A stretch of 59,318 nucleotides of DNA, counting the filler. It is 5 parts of 5 records of this genome, joined end to end, with 100 filler letters (N's around TTAATTAATTAA, not from the genome) between each part and the next. Parts side by side here need not be neighbours in the genome. Positions count along the whole stretch, not along the records: positions 1 to 16,910 come from SRR20825006_845; positions 17,011 to 33,919 come from SRR20825006_856; 3 more parts are not named here. The stretch is one strand, 5' to 3'. The position numbers were made by a program, and so were the translations under genes. The notes under the pieces are model-generated. The model was not told where the DNA came from, made no database searches, and saw nothing but the letters and a program-made list of their open reading frames with translations. This document shows positions 9,430 to 18,762 of the stretch, piece by piece; within the stretch, counting starts at the first letter, position 1; each line of letters begins with the position of its first letter.

Positions 9430-10581
9430 ATGAAGCTCGAACGATCCCGCACACAATGGCAACCCGACAACCTCGAGCGACTCGAGGCTCTCCTTAAAGA
9501 GGCCCGCGAAGGCCAGTATGCCGTCGTCGATTGGGATAACACCTCGATCTTCAGGGATATCCAGGACGTGGTGCTCGACTACCAGTGCGAGACGATGTCG
9601 TTTCGCATCGCTCCAGACGCGATGGCCGAAGTGCTCCTCGATGATCTGCCCGAGCGACCCTTCCTCGATGAATGCCGCGATGAGCAGGGGGAACCTGTCA
9701 TCGCAGCGCAGCTCGCCGCAGACATCGAACAGGACTATCGATGGGCGCACGAGCACCCCGCGCTCGTGCGACAGTCACACCCGCGCATGCTCGCGTTCAG
9801 GGCCAGGTTGCGCTTCTTCTACGAAGCGCTCGATGCCTCGCTCGGGCACGTCACATCCTGCACCTGGATCACGCGTCTCTACTGCGGAATGACCCCCGAA
9901 GAGGTGCACGATCTGACGCGAAAAGCGATCCTCGCAGGTCAGAAGCTCCCGATCGCTCGCGCCAGGTGGGAGATGCCCGAGGAGTGCCCTGGACAGACGG
10001 GGCGCGTCGCCGTGACCTGGTCACAGGGCGTGCGCGCGCTCGCGGCAACTCAGGAGCTCTACGCCGCGCTCCAGGCGCGCGGCGTCAACGTGCATGTGGT
10101 CTCGGCTTCTTTCGAGGAGATCGTGCGCGAGTTCGCCTCGAACCCCGAACATGGCTACAACCTGGACAGCGAGAACATCCACGGGATGCAGCTCGAAAAG
10201 GACGCCAGCGGGCGCTTCACGCACAAGATGAGGCAAGATGTCTCGCACACCCAGGGAGAGGGGAAGACGCGCACGATCGAAGCCGCCATCAAACCTCACT
10301 ACGGCGATGAATCACCCGTGTTTATGGCTGGTGACAGCAACGGCGACGCGCCCATGTTGGCGGCCTTCGAGGACGCACAGGTTCGCCTGATCTTTAACCG
10401 CGTGATGCCAGGGCAAATCGGCACGCTCTCGCGCCGCGCGAACGGCGCAGATGCGGGTATTCTGTTGCAAGGCAGGGATGAAACGCAGGGTTTGTTGAGA
10501 TCCTCGCGCGCATCGATCTTGCTCGGGGAGCAGGGCGAGCACCTCTATTTCGAAGAGCCCGTCCGGGAACAGGTCGCCTGA
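9430..10581 (+). CDS. HAD-superfamily hydrolase (phosphoserine/phosphorylcholine phosphatase-like)
   Basis: Motif I VVDWDNT, motif II VVSAS, motif III K (GEGKT), motif IV AGDSNGD; RBS ACAGGA before ATG 9430. Confidence 0.8.
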   Translation: MKLERSRTQWQPDNLERLEALLKEAREGQYAVVDWDNTSIFRDIQDVVLDYQCETMSFRIAPDAMAEVLLDDLPERPFLDECRDEQGEPVIAAQLAADIEQDYRWAHEHPALVRQSHPRMLAFRARLRFFYEALDASLGHVTSCTWITRLYCGMTPEEVHDLTRKAILAGQKLPIARARWEMPEECPGQTGRVAVTWSQGVRALAATQELYAALQARGVNVHVVSASFEEIVREFASNPEHGYNLDSENIHGMQLEKDASGRFTHKMRQDVSHTQGEGKTRTIEAAIKPHYGDESPVFMAGDSNGDAPMLAAFEDAQVRLIFNRVMPGQIGTLSRRANGADAGILLQGRDETQGLLRSSRASILLGEQGEHLYFEEPVREQVA

Positions 10582-10585
10582 GCGA

Positions 10586-11371
10586 TCAACGCATCGAACG
10601 AGAGCTCCCGACGCGGTCGCGCCACAGCGAGGCGCGGTCGAGCAAGGCTTGCGTGTGCGCCTGGACATCCGAGGCAAAATCGCGCGTCGCCTCCTCGATC
10701 AGAGAATCACTGGCCGCGTCGACATCGAGCTCGGGCGCCTGGATCGGCTCCCCGACATGAAAATCGAACGCCACGCGCCTTAAAATCGGCAGGAAGAGCG
10801 GGAGCTTGAGCGATGCGCTGCCAAGTCCTCTCGTCGGGATCAGGCCATCCGTGCCGAGCACCTTGAAGCAATCATCCGGGCCGATCCCGACGACAGGGAC
10901 TACGGGTGATTGCCCCATCACGGCCACGTGCGCGAACCCGAGGCGCTCCCCCCACTGGAGCTTGTAGCGCTGGTCGCGCCCCTTGAGGGAGTCGCGCGCG
11001 CCGCCAGGATAGGTCAACACCATCTCCTCTCGACCGAGTAGCTCGATGGCGGACTCTCTGTCTCCGCTCACCATGCCGACATCGCGCAAGAACTCCCCGA
11101 GGATGGGGACATCGAACAGCGAGCGCAGGCCCATACCTCGCGGGATGCGCTCGGTGCGCGCCACGAGCTCGGGGAGCAGCGCCCAGGTGTCGATTCCCAT
11201 CAACGCGTGATTCCCCACGAGCATCACGCGCCCACGTCTGGGGATGTTCTCGGCGCCGATAATTTCTGTGTCGAAGAAACGGCTAAACATCCGACCCATC
11301 TCGTAAACCTTTTGGACAAAAGGATCCTGAGGGTCGATGTCGGGCAACCTTTGCAAGACCGTCTCGCTCAT
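10586..11371 (-). CDS. Lysophospholipid/diacylglycerol acyltransferase family protein
   Basis: GAENIP, LVGNHALMGID, YPGGARD, RLGFAHVA and VPVVGIG motifs of PlsC/DGAT2-like acyltransferases. Confidence 0.85.
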   Translation of the reverse strand: MSETVLQRLPDIDPQDPFVQKVYEMGRMFSRFFDTEIIGAENIPRRGRVMLVGNHALMGIDTWALLPELVARTERIPRGMGLRSLFDVPILGEFLRDVGMVSGDRESAIELLGREEMVLTYPGGARDSLKGRDQRYKLQWGERLGFAHVAVMGQSPVVPVVGIGPDDCFKVLGTDGLIPTRGLGSASLKLPLFLPILRRVAFDFHVGEPIQAPELDVDAASDSLIEEATRDFASDVQAHTQALLDRASLWRDRVGSSRSMR

Positions 11372-11671
11372 CGCGTGCCTCGCGAGCGTGCGGAGTGCCT
11401 CCCAGGACGTCGATCTGCATCTGGAAAGGCCATGAAATCAAGAGCTTTATGGGCGAAGTTTCACCGGCCACTATCGTATCAAAGAGGAGAAAAAAGCCAA
11501 GCCATCTGATCGCTACTTTTTCTAGGTGCGTACATTCGAGAGGGGAGCTTGCGAACGCAATGATCACGACGGTGCACCTTTTGGGGTCGCGCGCTCATCG
11601 TAGTGATTGCTGGCGGCGATGGTCCCCGGCGATTTGCTCTTCACTGCCCCGAGCCCTGTCGAGATGCTATC

Positions 11672-12703
11672 ATGAGCGCGATCGATACACTCTACCTTCC
11701 GGTCGATGAGACGGAGATGGCGGTCCTCCCCGAGTGGTTGTGGCGCGGCGTCAATGCGTTCGCCGTGAACAGCCTCTTCAAAACGATGAACCTGATCGAC
11801 ATGATGCGCTCGCGTCCTACGGAGCGGTTTGTCGACGTCGAGGTCGCGCGCGATATCGCCTACTCGAGCACGCACCCTGATGGATCCTGGCAACGGCTCG
11901 ATATCTGGCGCCCTGTAGAGCGACATCACCGCCCGCTGCCCGCGCTGATGTTCGTCCACGGCGGCGGCTTTCGCACCCTGAGCAAGGACACCCACTGGTT
12001 CTTCGCGCGCGCCTTCGCTCGCATGGGCTTTGTCGTCTTTAGCGTCGACTACAGGCTCGGGCCAGAGCACCTCTACCCAGCGCCGCTCGAAGACGTCTGC
12101 GAAGCCTACCGCTGGATCACCGAGCACGCCGTAGAACACGGCGCTGACCTCGAGAACCTCGTCCTCGCCGGTGAATCCGCGGGCGCGAACCTCATCCTGG
12201 CGCTCTCGGCGGCGACGCTGACGCGGCGCCCCGAAGGTTTCGCGCAGCAAGTGTTCGACACGCAGGTCGTGCCCCGCGCGCTGCTCCCGATGTGCGGCAT
12301 CTTTCAGGTCTCGGACATCGAGCGCTACGCGCGCTCGGGCGCTCCCTGGATCGCGATGCCAGCGCTCCGCGACGCGGCATCCTCCTACGTCGGCAAGGTC
12401 GCCTCGCGCGCGCCTTCGCCAGAGCTTCCATCACTCTCTGACCCGCTGCTCGTGTTCGAGGATGCTTCCTTCGAGCCCGAGCGCAGCGTCCCTGCGCTAT
12501 TCGCGCCGGTGGGAGAGAGCGATCCGCTCGTCGATGACTCCCTGCGCCTGATCCGCGCGCTGCGCGCCAGAGGGATGCGCGGCAAGACCGAGCTCTACGC
12601 CGGCGGCGGTCACTCCTTTATGGCCTTTATGTGGAATGGGCGCGCGCAGCGCTGCTGGCGAGACATGCACGCCTTCCTCGAACAACACGTCCTGCAACGC
12701 TAA
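11672..12703 (+). CDS. Alpha/beta hydrolase, HSL-family esterase/lipase
   Basis: HGGGF oxyanion motif, VDYRLGPEH, GESAG nucleophile elbow, DPL and GHSF. Confidence 0.92.
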   Translation: MSAIDTLYLPVDETEMAVLPEWLWRGVNAFAVNSLFKTMNLIDMMRSRPTERFVDVEVARDIAYSSTHPDGSWQRLDIWRPVERHHRPLPALMFVHGGGFRTLSKDTHWFFARAFARMGFVVFSVDYRLGPEHLYPAPLEDVCEAYRWITEHAVEHGADLENLVLAGESAGANLILALSAATLTRRPEGFAQQVFDTQVVPRALLPMCGIFQVSDIERYARSGAPWIAMPALRDAASSYVGKVASRAPSPELPSLSDPLLVFEDASFEPERSVPALFAPVGESDPLVDDSLRLIRALRARGMRGKTELYAGGGHSFMAFMWNGRAQRCWRDMHAFLEQHVLQR

Positions 12704-12729
12704 TCACTGCAAAATCTTCGATGGCGTTC

Positions 12730-12766
12730 CGCGAGCGGCCCAGGATGACATCCTGGGCCGCTCGCG
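12730..12766. repeat. 37-bp palindrome (18-bp arms, 1-nt centre)
   Basis: CGCGAGCGGCCCAGGATG-A-CATCCTGGGCCGCTCGCG. Confidence 0.9.
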
Positions 12767-12841
12767 TTATCTTTCCTGTCTGGGAGTCACCTCGAACCGC
12801 AACAAGACATTGCGGATTAACCCGCTTCAAGGAACGTCAGG

Positions 12842-13576
12842 ATGGAAATCCTCATGGTTCTGATCGCGATCGTGATCGTCCTCGCGAGCTTCGGCTACAA
12901 CGCGAACAAGAAGGACAAGAACCTCGAGATGTGGCGCGCGTTCGCCGAGCGCAACGACGGGAACTTCGTGGACCGCGCCTCGATGCTTCGCAACCCCGCC
13001 AACGTCGGCGAGGTCACGATGAAGAAGGATGACCTCGACCTCCTCCTCGATGTGCGCGTCGAGAGCTCGGGAGATAACGCGGTCCTCTACCTGCGCGCTC
13101 GCACGAACATCAAGCAACAGCGCTACATTCAAATCATCCGCTCCACGCTGATACGCCAGCTCACGGGAGGGCGTATCGACACCGGTTACGATGACTTCGA
13201 CTCGCGCTTCGTGGTGTTCAGCGACCAAGAGCTCTGGGCAAAGCGCGTGGTCTCGCTCGGGGTGTTCCTGCGACAACATTTTCTGGCGAGCGATAACGGC
13301 ATGAGCATCAACCTCGAGGTCGGCGAGTTGACCGTCGAGAGCAAGGGCGCCCCCTCGAGCATCGAGGATCTCGAGAAACACGTCGCCTTCACGCTCGACG
13401 TCGCCAAACTGCTCGAAAACACCGCCCCACCAGAGCTCGGGTACGAGGCAGGTGGTCGCCTCTCACTCGCCGAGATGGAAGTCACCGACGGCGCATTGAC
13501 CATCTCGTCGGCAAACGCAGGCGCCATCACCAGCGTCGAGCGCGAGGACGAGGACGAAGAACAGGACGCGGGTTGA
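12842..13576 (+). CDS. Uncharacterised single-pass membrane protein, paralog 1 of 3
   Basis: N-terminal TM; TGYDDFDSRF...ELWAKRV core; acidic tail with repeated GxL(S/T). Confidence 0.8.
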   Translation: MEILMVLIAIVIVLASFGYNANKKDKNLEMWRAFAERNDGNFVDRASMLRNPANVGEVTMKKDDLDLLLDVRVESSGDNAVLYLRARTNIKQQRYIQIIRSTLIRQLTGGRIDTGYDDFDSRFVVFSDQELWAKRVVSLGVFLRQHFLASDNGMSINLEVGELTVESKGAPSSIEDLEKHVAFTLDVAKLLENTAPPELGYEAGGRLSLAEMEVTDGALTISSANAGAITSVEREDEDEEQDAG

Positions 13577-13625
13577 TCATCCTCGCTGCGTGGCGCAAGA
13601 TCACAGGACACGGAGAGGAGGATGC

Positions 13626-14351
13626 ATGGATGGGATCTCGATCGCGCTCGGAATCGCCGCGCTGACTGTCGCAGAGTTGGGGCTTCACCGCTTCCTCCTG
13701 TATCGACGCCAGCGCCTCTGGATCGAATTCGCCGAGCGCCATGGCGGCACATACACGCCGGACAAGCGCTGGTTTCACTCCGTACACTCCCCCGGTGAGG
13801 TCTCGCTTAACAGAGAACAACGGCGCCTCCACGCGGGCGTTCGCGTCGAGGATGGGGACAAGGGGACCGTCGTCTACACCGCCATCAAGGTGATCATTTC
13901 ACAGAGCCACGACTTGGTGATCCTCTCCAAAGAGGCGTTCGAGCGCTCCGAGAAAAAACGCAGCAAGAAGGATGTCCTGAACACCGGATTTCGAGACTAC
14001 GATAGCCGTTATATGATCTGGTCCTCACACGAACTCTGGGCAAAGCGCGTGATCTCGCTCTGCACGCACATGCGACATCTCCAGATGCACGAGAAGCCCG
14101 TGCACCTGATCCTCGAGAAGGGGAGCCTCACCATCGAACAACAGGGCGCTCCGGGTTCATCGGAAGACATCGACGCCGTCCTCGAGCTGGCGCTCGAGAT
14201 CGCGAGAATCCTCGAGGAGACCGAGATCCCGGTGTTCCCTGGAGGACACGTCGGGATGCTCTCTGTGGCAGAGCAGGATCAGCGCGATGGCGCCTTGAGC
14301 ATCGCAGACGGGCAGGCCGCCGCGCTGACCATGGTCAACGGCGATGACTGA
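13626..14351 (+). CDS. Uncharacterised single-pass membrane protein, paralog 2 of 3
   Basis: RBS GGAGG before ATG 13626; TM; TGFRDYDSRY...ELWAKRV; tail GMLSV...GALSI...AALTM. Confidence 0.8.
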   Translation: MDGISIALGIAALTVAELGLHRFLLYRRQRLWIEFAERHGGTYTPDKRWFHSVHSPGEVSLNREQRRLHAGVRVEDGDKGTVVYTAIKVIISQSHDLVILSKEAFERSEKKRSKKDVLNTGFRDYDSRYMIWSSHELWAKRVISLCTHMRHLQMHEKPVHLILEKGSLTIEQQGAPGSSEDIDAVLELALEIARILEETEIPVFPGGHVGMLSVAEQDQRDGALSIADGQAAALTMVNGDD

Positions 14352-14411
14352 TCCTACGCGCACGAACACATCGAGGAGCGTGAACCAGCCCCGCCGCGGA
14401 GTATAGCGATA

Positions 14412-15146
14412 ATGGAAGCGCTGGTCGTGATCGCCATTTTTTTCATCGCCTTCCTCTGGGATCGTTATGGGACGACCAGACGGTCGAGAAGTGTCGAGGT
14501 TTGGGAGGAGTTTGCCCGAAACAACGAGAGCGAGCTCGAGCAATCAGAAGGCCGCGTTCAGAACGAAGATGACATCGGCAGCGTCAGGTTGAAAAGGGGC
14601 GGCCGCAGCATCCTCGCGACCGGTTACCCCAAGGAGCAAACCGATGCCACGGTCCCCGCATCACAGGTCGTCATTCATATCCACAGCTTCAAAGCGGACC
14701 TCTGGATCGCCTACAACCCGGAACGCTGGCTGCGACCCAGTCGGGGAAATGAAATAACGACGGGATATGAAGACTTCGACAAGCTGTTCGAGGTCAGCTC
14801 TGCGAACGAGCTCTGGACAAAGCGCGCGCTCTCCACCGGCGGCTTCCTCCGTGAGGAGTTGATGGAGAATAAGAAGAAACTGAGCATCTCACTCCAGAGC
14901 GGAAGGCTCACGGTCGATAAGATCGGCGCGCCGAAGTTTGCCGAAGAGCTCGATGATCTGGTCGACCTCGCGCTCGACATCGCCGAGCTCTTCGAGAACA
15001 CGACCGTGCCCTCACTCATCGACCAACGCCGCGCCGCTGGCGCCCTCACACTCAGCGAGGAGGAGGACGCCGAGGGCGCCTTGACCGTCGCGGACGCACC
15101 GGATGGCGCGATCTCGCCGGCTGACAAGGAGGGCGGCGAAGGCTGA
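14412..15146 (+). CDS. Uncharacterised single-pass membrane protein, paralog 3 of 3
   Basis: TM; TGYEDFDKLF...ELWTKRA; tail GALTL...GALTV...GAIS. Confidence 0.8.
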   Translation: MEALVVIAIFFIAFLWDRYGTTRRSRSVEVWEEFARNNESELEQSEGRVQNEDDIGSVRLKRGGRSILATGYPKEQTDATVPASQVVIHIHSFKADLWIAYNPERWLRPSRGNEITTGYEDFDKLFEVSSANELWTKRALSTGGFLREELMENKKKLSISLQSGRLTVDKIGAPKFAEELDDLVDLALDIAELFENTTVPSLIDQRRAAGALTLSEEEDAEGALTVADAPDGAISPADKEGGEG

Positions 15147-15225
15147 AGCCGAGCCGCCGATCCTCGACCTTCACCCTTCGCGAACAAACTCGCGCCGACA
15201 AACTCGCGTCAATAGAGAGGATAAA

Positions 15226-16542
15226 TCAGTCCTCCCAGTTGCCCTCGGGGGTGCCGTCGAACCGCTTCTTGAGGCCCGCCCAGCAGTCGATGTAATCCTC
15301 CTGCAAGGTCTCGAGCGAGGACGCGTAGCTCGTGATGTGCTGCGGGATGCGCGTCTCGAACATGAACGCCATGGTGCCCTCGAGCTTCTGCGGCGCGAGG
15401 TCTGACGTCGACGCCTTCTCGAAGCCAAACGCATCCGGCCCGTGCGGGAGCATCATGTTATGCAAGCTCATCCCACCTGGGACGAAGCCCTTCTCCTTGG
15501 CATCGTAGGCGCCATAAATCAGCCCCATGAACTCCGACATCACGTTGCGGTGATACCACGGCGGGCGGAACGTGTTCTCGGCGACGAGCCACCTGTCCGG
15601 GAAGATCACGAAGTCGATGTTGGCCGTGCCTTCTTCACCACTCGGAGAGGTCAACACCGTGAAGATCGAAGGATCGGGGTGGTCGAAGAGGATCGCGCCG
15701 ACTGGAGAATATGTCGAGAGATCATAGACATAAGGCGTGTAGTTGCCATGCCAGGCGACAACGTCGAGCGGCGAGTGCGGGATGGTCGCGCTGTAGGTCC
15801 TGCCACACCAGCGGACGTAGACCGTGGAGGGGACCTCGCGATCCTCGTAAGCGGCCACGGGCGTGCGGAAATCACGAGGGTTCGCCATGCAGTTCGCGCC
15901 GATCGGCCCGCGCTCTGGCAAGGTCAGGCGCGCGCCATAGTTCTCGCAAAGATAACCGCGCGCCTCATCACCCAAAAGCTCCACCCTGAAGACCATCCCC
16001 CTCGGGACGACAGCGATCTCGCCAGGGTTTGCCTCCATCTTCCCGAGCTCGGTGAAGATGCGGATCCCCCCATGCTCAGGGACGAACATCAACTCCGCAT
16101 CTGCGTTGAAGATGTACTCATCCTCCATCGAGGTGTTCATCACGTACACATGCGAACCCATGCCCGCCTGCGTGTTCACATCGCCCGCGGTGGTGATGGT
16201 GCGGATGCCATCGATGAAGTTTGTGGGGGCATCGGGCATCGGGACCGGGTCCCAGCGACGCTGCCCCAGCGGGAGCGTCTCGTCGCCATAGCAAGGCGCG
16301 CTCTTCCAGAAGGGTTGGTCGTAGGGCTGGTACTCTCCCATATGACGCACGGAAGGGCGGATGCGGTAGAGCCAGGAGCGCTCGTTGCTCGCGCGCGGGG
16401 CGGTGAAAGGAGAGCCCGAGAGTTGCTCGGCGTAGAGCCCGTAAGGACACCGCTGCGGTGAGTTCATCCCCTGGGGAAGTGCGCCAGGGAGCGCCTCGCT
16501 CTCGAAGTCGTTTCCAAAGCCTGTCATGTACTCGAGGGTCAT
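15226..16542 (-). CDS. hmgA: Homogentisate 1,2-dioxygenase
   Basis: [71 protein letters not shown] and PHGPD; strong RBS AGGAGG. Confidence 0.97.
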   Translation of the reverse strand: MTLEYMTGFGNDFESEALPGALPQGMNSPQRCPYGLYAEQLSGSPFTAPRASNERSWLYRIRPSVRHMGEYQPYDQPFWKSAPCYGDETLPLGQRRWDPVPMPDAPTNFIDGIRTITTAGDVNTQAGMGSHVYVMNTSMEDEYIFNADAELMFVPEHGGIRIFTELGKMEANPGEIAVVPRGMVFRVELLGDEARGYLCENYGARLTLPERGPIGANCMANPRDFRTPVAAYEDREVPSTVYVRWCGRTYSATIPHSPLDVVAWHGNYTPYVYDLSTYSPVGAILFDHPDPSIFTVLTSPSGEEGTANIDFVIFPDRWLVAENTFRPPWYHRNVMSEFMGLIYGAYDAKEKGFVPGGMSLHNMMLPHGPDAFGFEKASTSDLAPQKLEGTMAFMFETRIPQHITSYASSLETLQEDYIDCWAGLKKRFDGTPEGNWED

Positions 16543-16730
16543 GCTCTCCTCCTTGTTGCTGTCGTGATAAGGCACGTCGCCGTGAATCCAAGCACACCCC
16601 GTGCGTATGTTGCAATCATGATTCCTACGCGCGCCACGTCAAGGCAGCAGCACTCCGCCAACATGGCGCGCAACCGCCAAACATCAAACGATAAGACGCG
16701 TCAGAAGAATCACTGGGCGTGCCGCCGCGA

Positions 16731-16807
16731 GACCCGAGGAGGCGAAAAATTTGCCACAGGTGGTCGAGGAGACTCCCAGGGTAGCAAATTTTTCGCCTCC
16801 TCGGGTC
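16731..16807. repeat. Perfect 24-bp inverted repeat related to the 6870-6953 element
   Basis: GACCCGAGGAGGCGAAAAATTTGC (16731-16754) and its reverse complement (16784-16807). It shares ATTTGCCACAGGT with the 6870 element in opposite orientation. Confidence 0.88.
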
Positions 16808-16835
16808 CGCGCCACCGCGGTCTTCGCGTTCGTCC

Positions 16836-16910
16836 TCAGCTCGCCATAATGGCTTGCTCGATGTTTGTTGTATTGGGAATCCAGAGTTGGATGAAGGCGC
16901 CGCCGTCGGG
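16836..16910 (-). CDS. 3' end of a probable histidine kinase (HATPase C-terminus), truncated by the contig end
   Basis: Translates PDGGAFIQLWIPNTTNIEQAIMAS*, resembling the final strand of a HATPase domain. Only 24 aa are visible. Confidence 0.4.
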   Translation of the reverse strand, partial: PDGGAFIQLWIPNTTNIEQAIMAS

Positions 16911-17010
16911 NNNNNNNNNNNNNNNNNNNNNNNNNNNNNNNNNNNNNNNNNNNNTTAATTAATTAANNNNNNNNNNNNNNNNNNNNNNNNNNNNNNNNNN
17001 NNNNNNNNNN
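16911..17010. other. Artificial contig linker
   Basis: 44 N + TTAATTAATTAA (stops in all frames) + 44 N. Confidence 0.99.
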
Positions 17011-17068
17011 GGTGACGCAGCGGATTGCAAATCCGTGTACCCCGGTTCGATTCCGGGCGTGGCCTCCA
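17011..17068 (+). tRNA. tRNA-Cys(GCA), 5' truncated
   Basis: Anticodon arm GCGGA-TTGCAAA-TCCGT, T arm CCCGG-TTCGATT-CCGGG, acceptor 3' strand ending TCCA. Confidence 0.92.
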
Positions 17069-17139
17069 AATTTCCCATAACTTTCAATATTTTGCATATA
17101 ATGCTAGGCAAAGCCTTTATGGCTGGGCACTATAAGTAT

Positions 17140-17742
17140 ATGAGCATATTTGGCGTAATTTTAGCAGGTGGTGAAGGCACACGTTTTGGTTGTGTAGACA
17201 AGGCCGCTTTGCGCCTCAAAAATATGCCGCTCGTTCACCATCTCGTCAGCCGCCTCGATTCGCATACAGCGCAAATCGCATTGGTTGGACAAACAAATGC
17301 ACCTCTGCCTCAAACTGTGATTCATCTGTCAGATGGGTATGATCCTCCCATCGGCCCACTCGGTGGCATATATGCAGGTGCCAAATGGGCAAGTGACCTT
17401 AGCGATCGCCCCTGTCATGATTGGATTTTAACTGCGCCGGTGGATGGGCCGATATTTCCAACTGATTTTGCGCAACATGCTGAAACCTTGATGGCGGCAC
17501 GAACTCCCATCATTGCACGGTATGATAACGATCTTTATCCGGTTTGCGGGCTGTGGCCATTGGAAATGGCATTGGACATTCCCGCCCTGTTGAAAAAGCA
17601 GAACGGCTATGCACTGCGCCCTATGCTGAAGGCGCTTCGGGCGCAAGAAATTGATTTCCAACAATTTTATCCGCAGAACCCGTTTGCTAATGCAAACAAG
17701 ATGTCAGATCTGTTGGCTTTGAGCAGGCAGCTTCAACGGTAA
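17140..17742 (+). CDS. mobA: Molybdenum cofactor guanylyltransferase
   Basis: GVILAGGEGTRFG..DKA, GPLGGI, APVDGP, YPVCGLW and PFANAN motifs. Confidence 0.8.
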   Translation: MSIFGVILAGGEGTRFGCVDKAALRLKNMPLVHHLVSRLDSHTAQIALVGQTNAPLPQTVIHLSDGYDPPIGPLGGIYAGAKWASDLSDRPCHDWILTAPVDGPIFPTDFAQHAETLMAARTPIIARYDNDLYPVCGLWPLEMALDIPALLKKQNGYALRPMLKALRAQEIDFQQFYPQNPFANANKMSDLLALSRQLQR

Positions 17743-17872
17743 AAATGCCCAATTTATTGGCTGTCAGAAATTTTTCACAAAAAGGCGATTATTTTTTCAA
17801 AAAAGGTCTTGGCAAGCGCGATCAAAAACGCTAAACACCGCCTCATCTACTCGTTAGATACACACATCGTGA

Positions 17873-17948
<76 letters not shown>

Positions 17949-18014
17949 CTTTTCCCAAAACATCAATATGTTGCTTAAGTTTCTTGATTCACTTTGTGAA
18001 CTTGCTTTGCTGCG

Positions 18015-18713
18015 TCAAAACTCTATCGCAATGCCCTGATTGTCGTAAAAGCCACCTGTCATTGGTGGTTTGGCCTTATAGATTGTATCCATAATCTTTT
18101 GTGCGGCGACATCAGCACTCACTTTTTTCGGGTGCGCATAGTCTGCGGTCAGCCGTGTATCTACTGTGCCAGGGTGAATGGCCAGCAACGCCGATTCTTG
18201 GTTCTTGCGCGTCCACTCGATGGACGCTGTGCGCACAATCTGATTCAAAGCTGATTTTGCCGCTCGGTAAGAAACCCATCCGCCTAACTCATTGTCGCCG
18301 ATGGAACCAACACGGGCCGATAGCGCTGCCATGACAGCGGGTTCGTGCCGCTGCATCAATGGCAGAAGCTGTTGAATCATGATTGCAGGGCCAGTGGCAT
18401 TCAACGCAAAGTGGTTTGCCATATTTTTGGCGTCCAGCTCTGCAAAGCGCCGTTCCGGTGGCGCGCCATCAATGATCAACGCGCCTGTCGCAATGATCGC
18501 CAAATTGAACTTGCGTCCTTCCCGCTGCCATTTGGCAAATTCGGGCACGAAGGTTTCTGGCGTAGTAATGTCGTATTTGGGATAGGTTTGCCGATCAAAG
18601 CTGACAACGCTTTTGAAGTTGGGGCGCTCAGATAGATTCGCTTTCAGCGCCTGGCCAATGCCGCCATTCGCCCCAACAATAATCGCATTAATTTCTGCTA
18701 CTTGATCTAACAT
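18015..18713 (-). CDS. Short-chain dehydrogenase (CsgA/C-factor-like)
   Basis: GANGGIG, SARVGSIGDNELGGW, SYRAAKSALN (YxxxK) and HPGTVDT. Confidence 0.9.
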   Translation of the reverse strand: MLDQVAEINAIIVGANGGIGQALKANLSERPNFKSVVSFDRQTYPKYDITTPETFVPEFAKWQREGRKFNLAIIATGALIIDGAPPERRFAELDAKNMANHFALNATGPAIMIQQLLPLMQRHEPAVMAALSARVGSIGDNELGGWVSYRAAKSALNQIVRTASIEWTRKNQESALLAIHPGTVDTRLTADYAHPKKVSADVAAQKIMDTIYKAKPPMTGGFYDNQGIAIEF

Positions 18714-18762
18714 ATCCACCTCGCATTTTTTACTTTAGCTACGCGAAGTGGGATGAGATGGA

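Noticed and set aside
16955..16966. TTAATTAATTAA recurring four times
   Set aside because: Artificial all-frame stop linker inside N runs, not a biological repeat.
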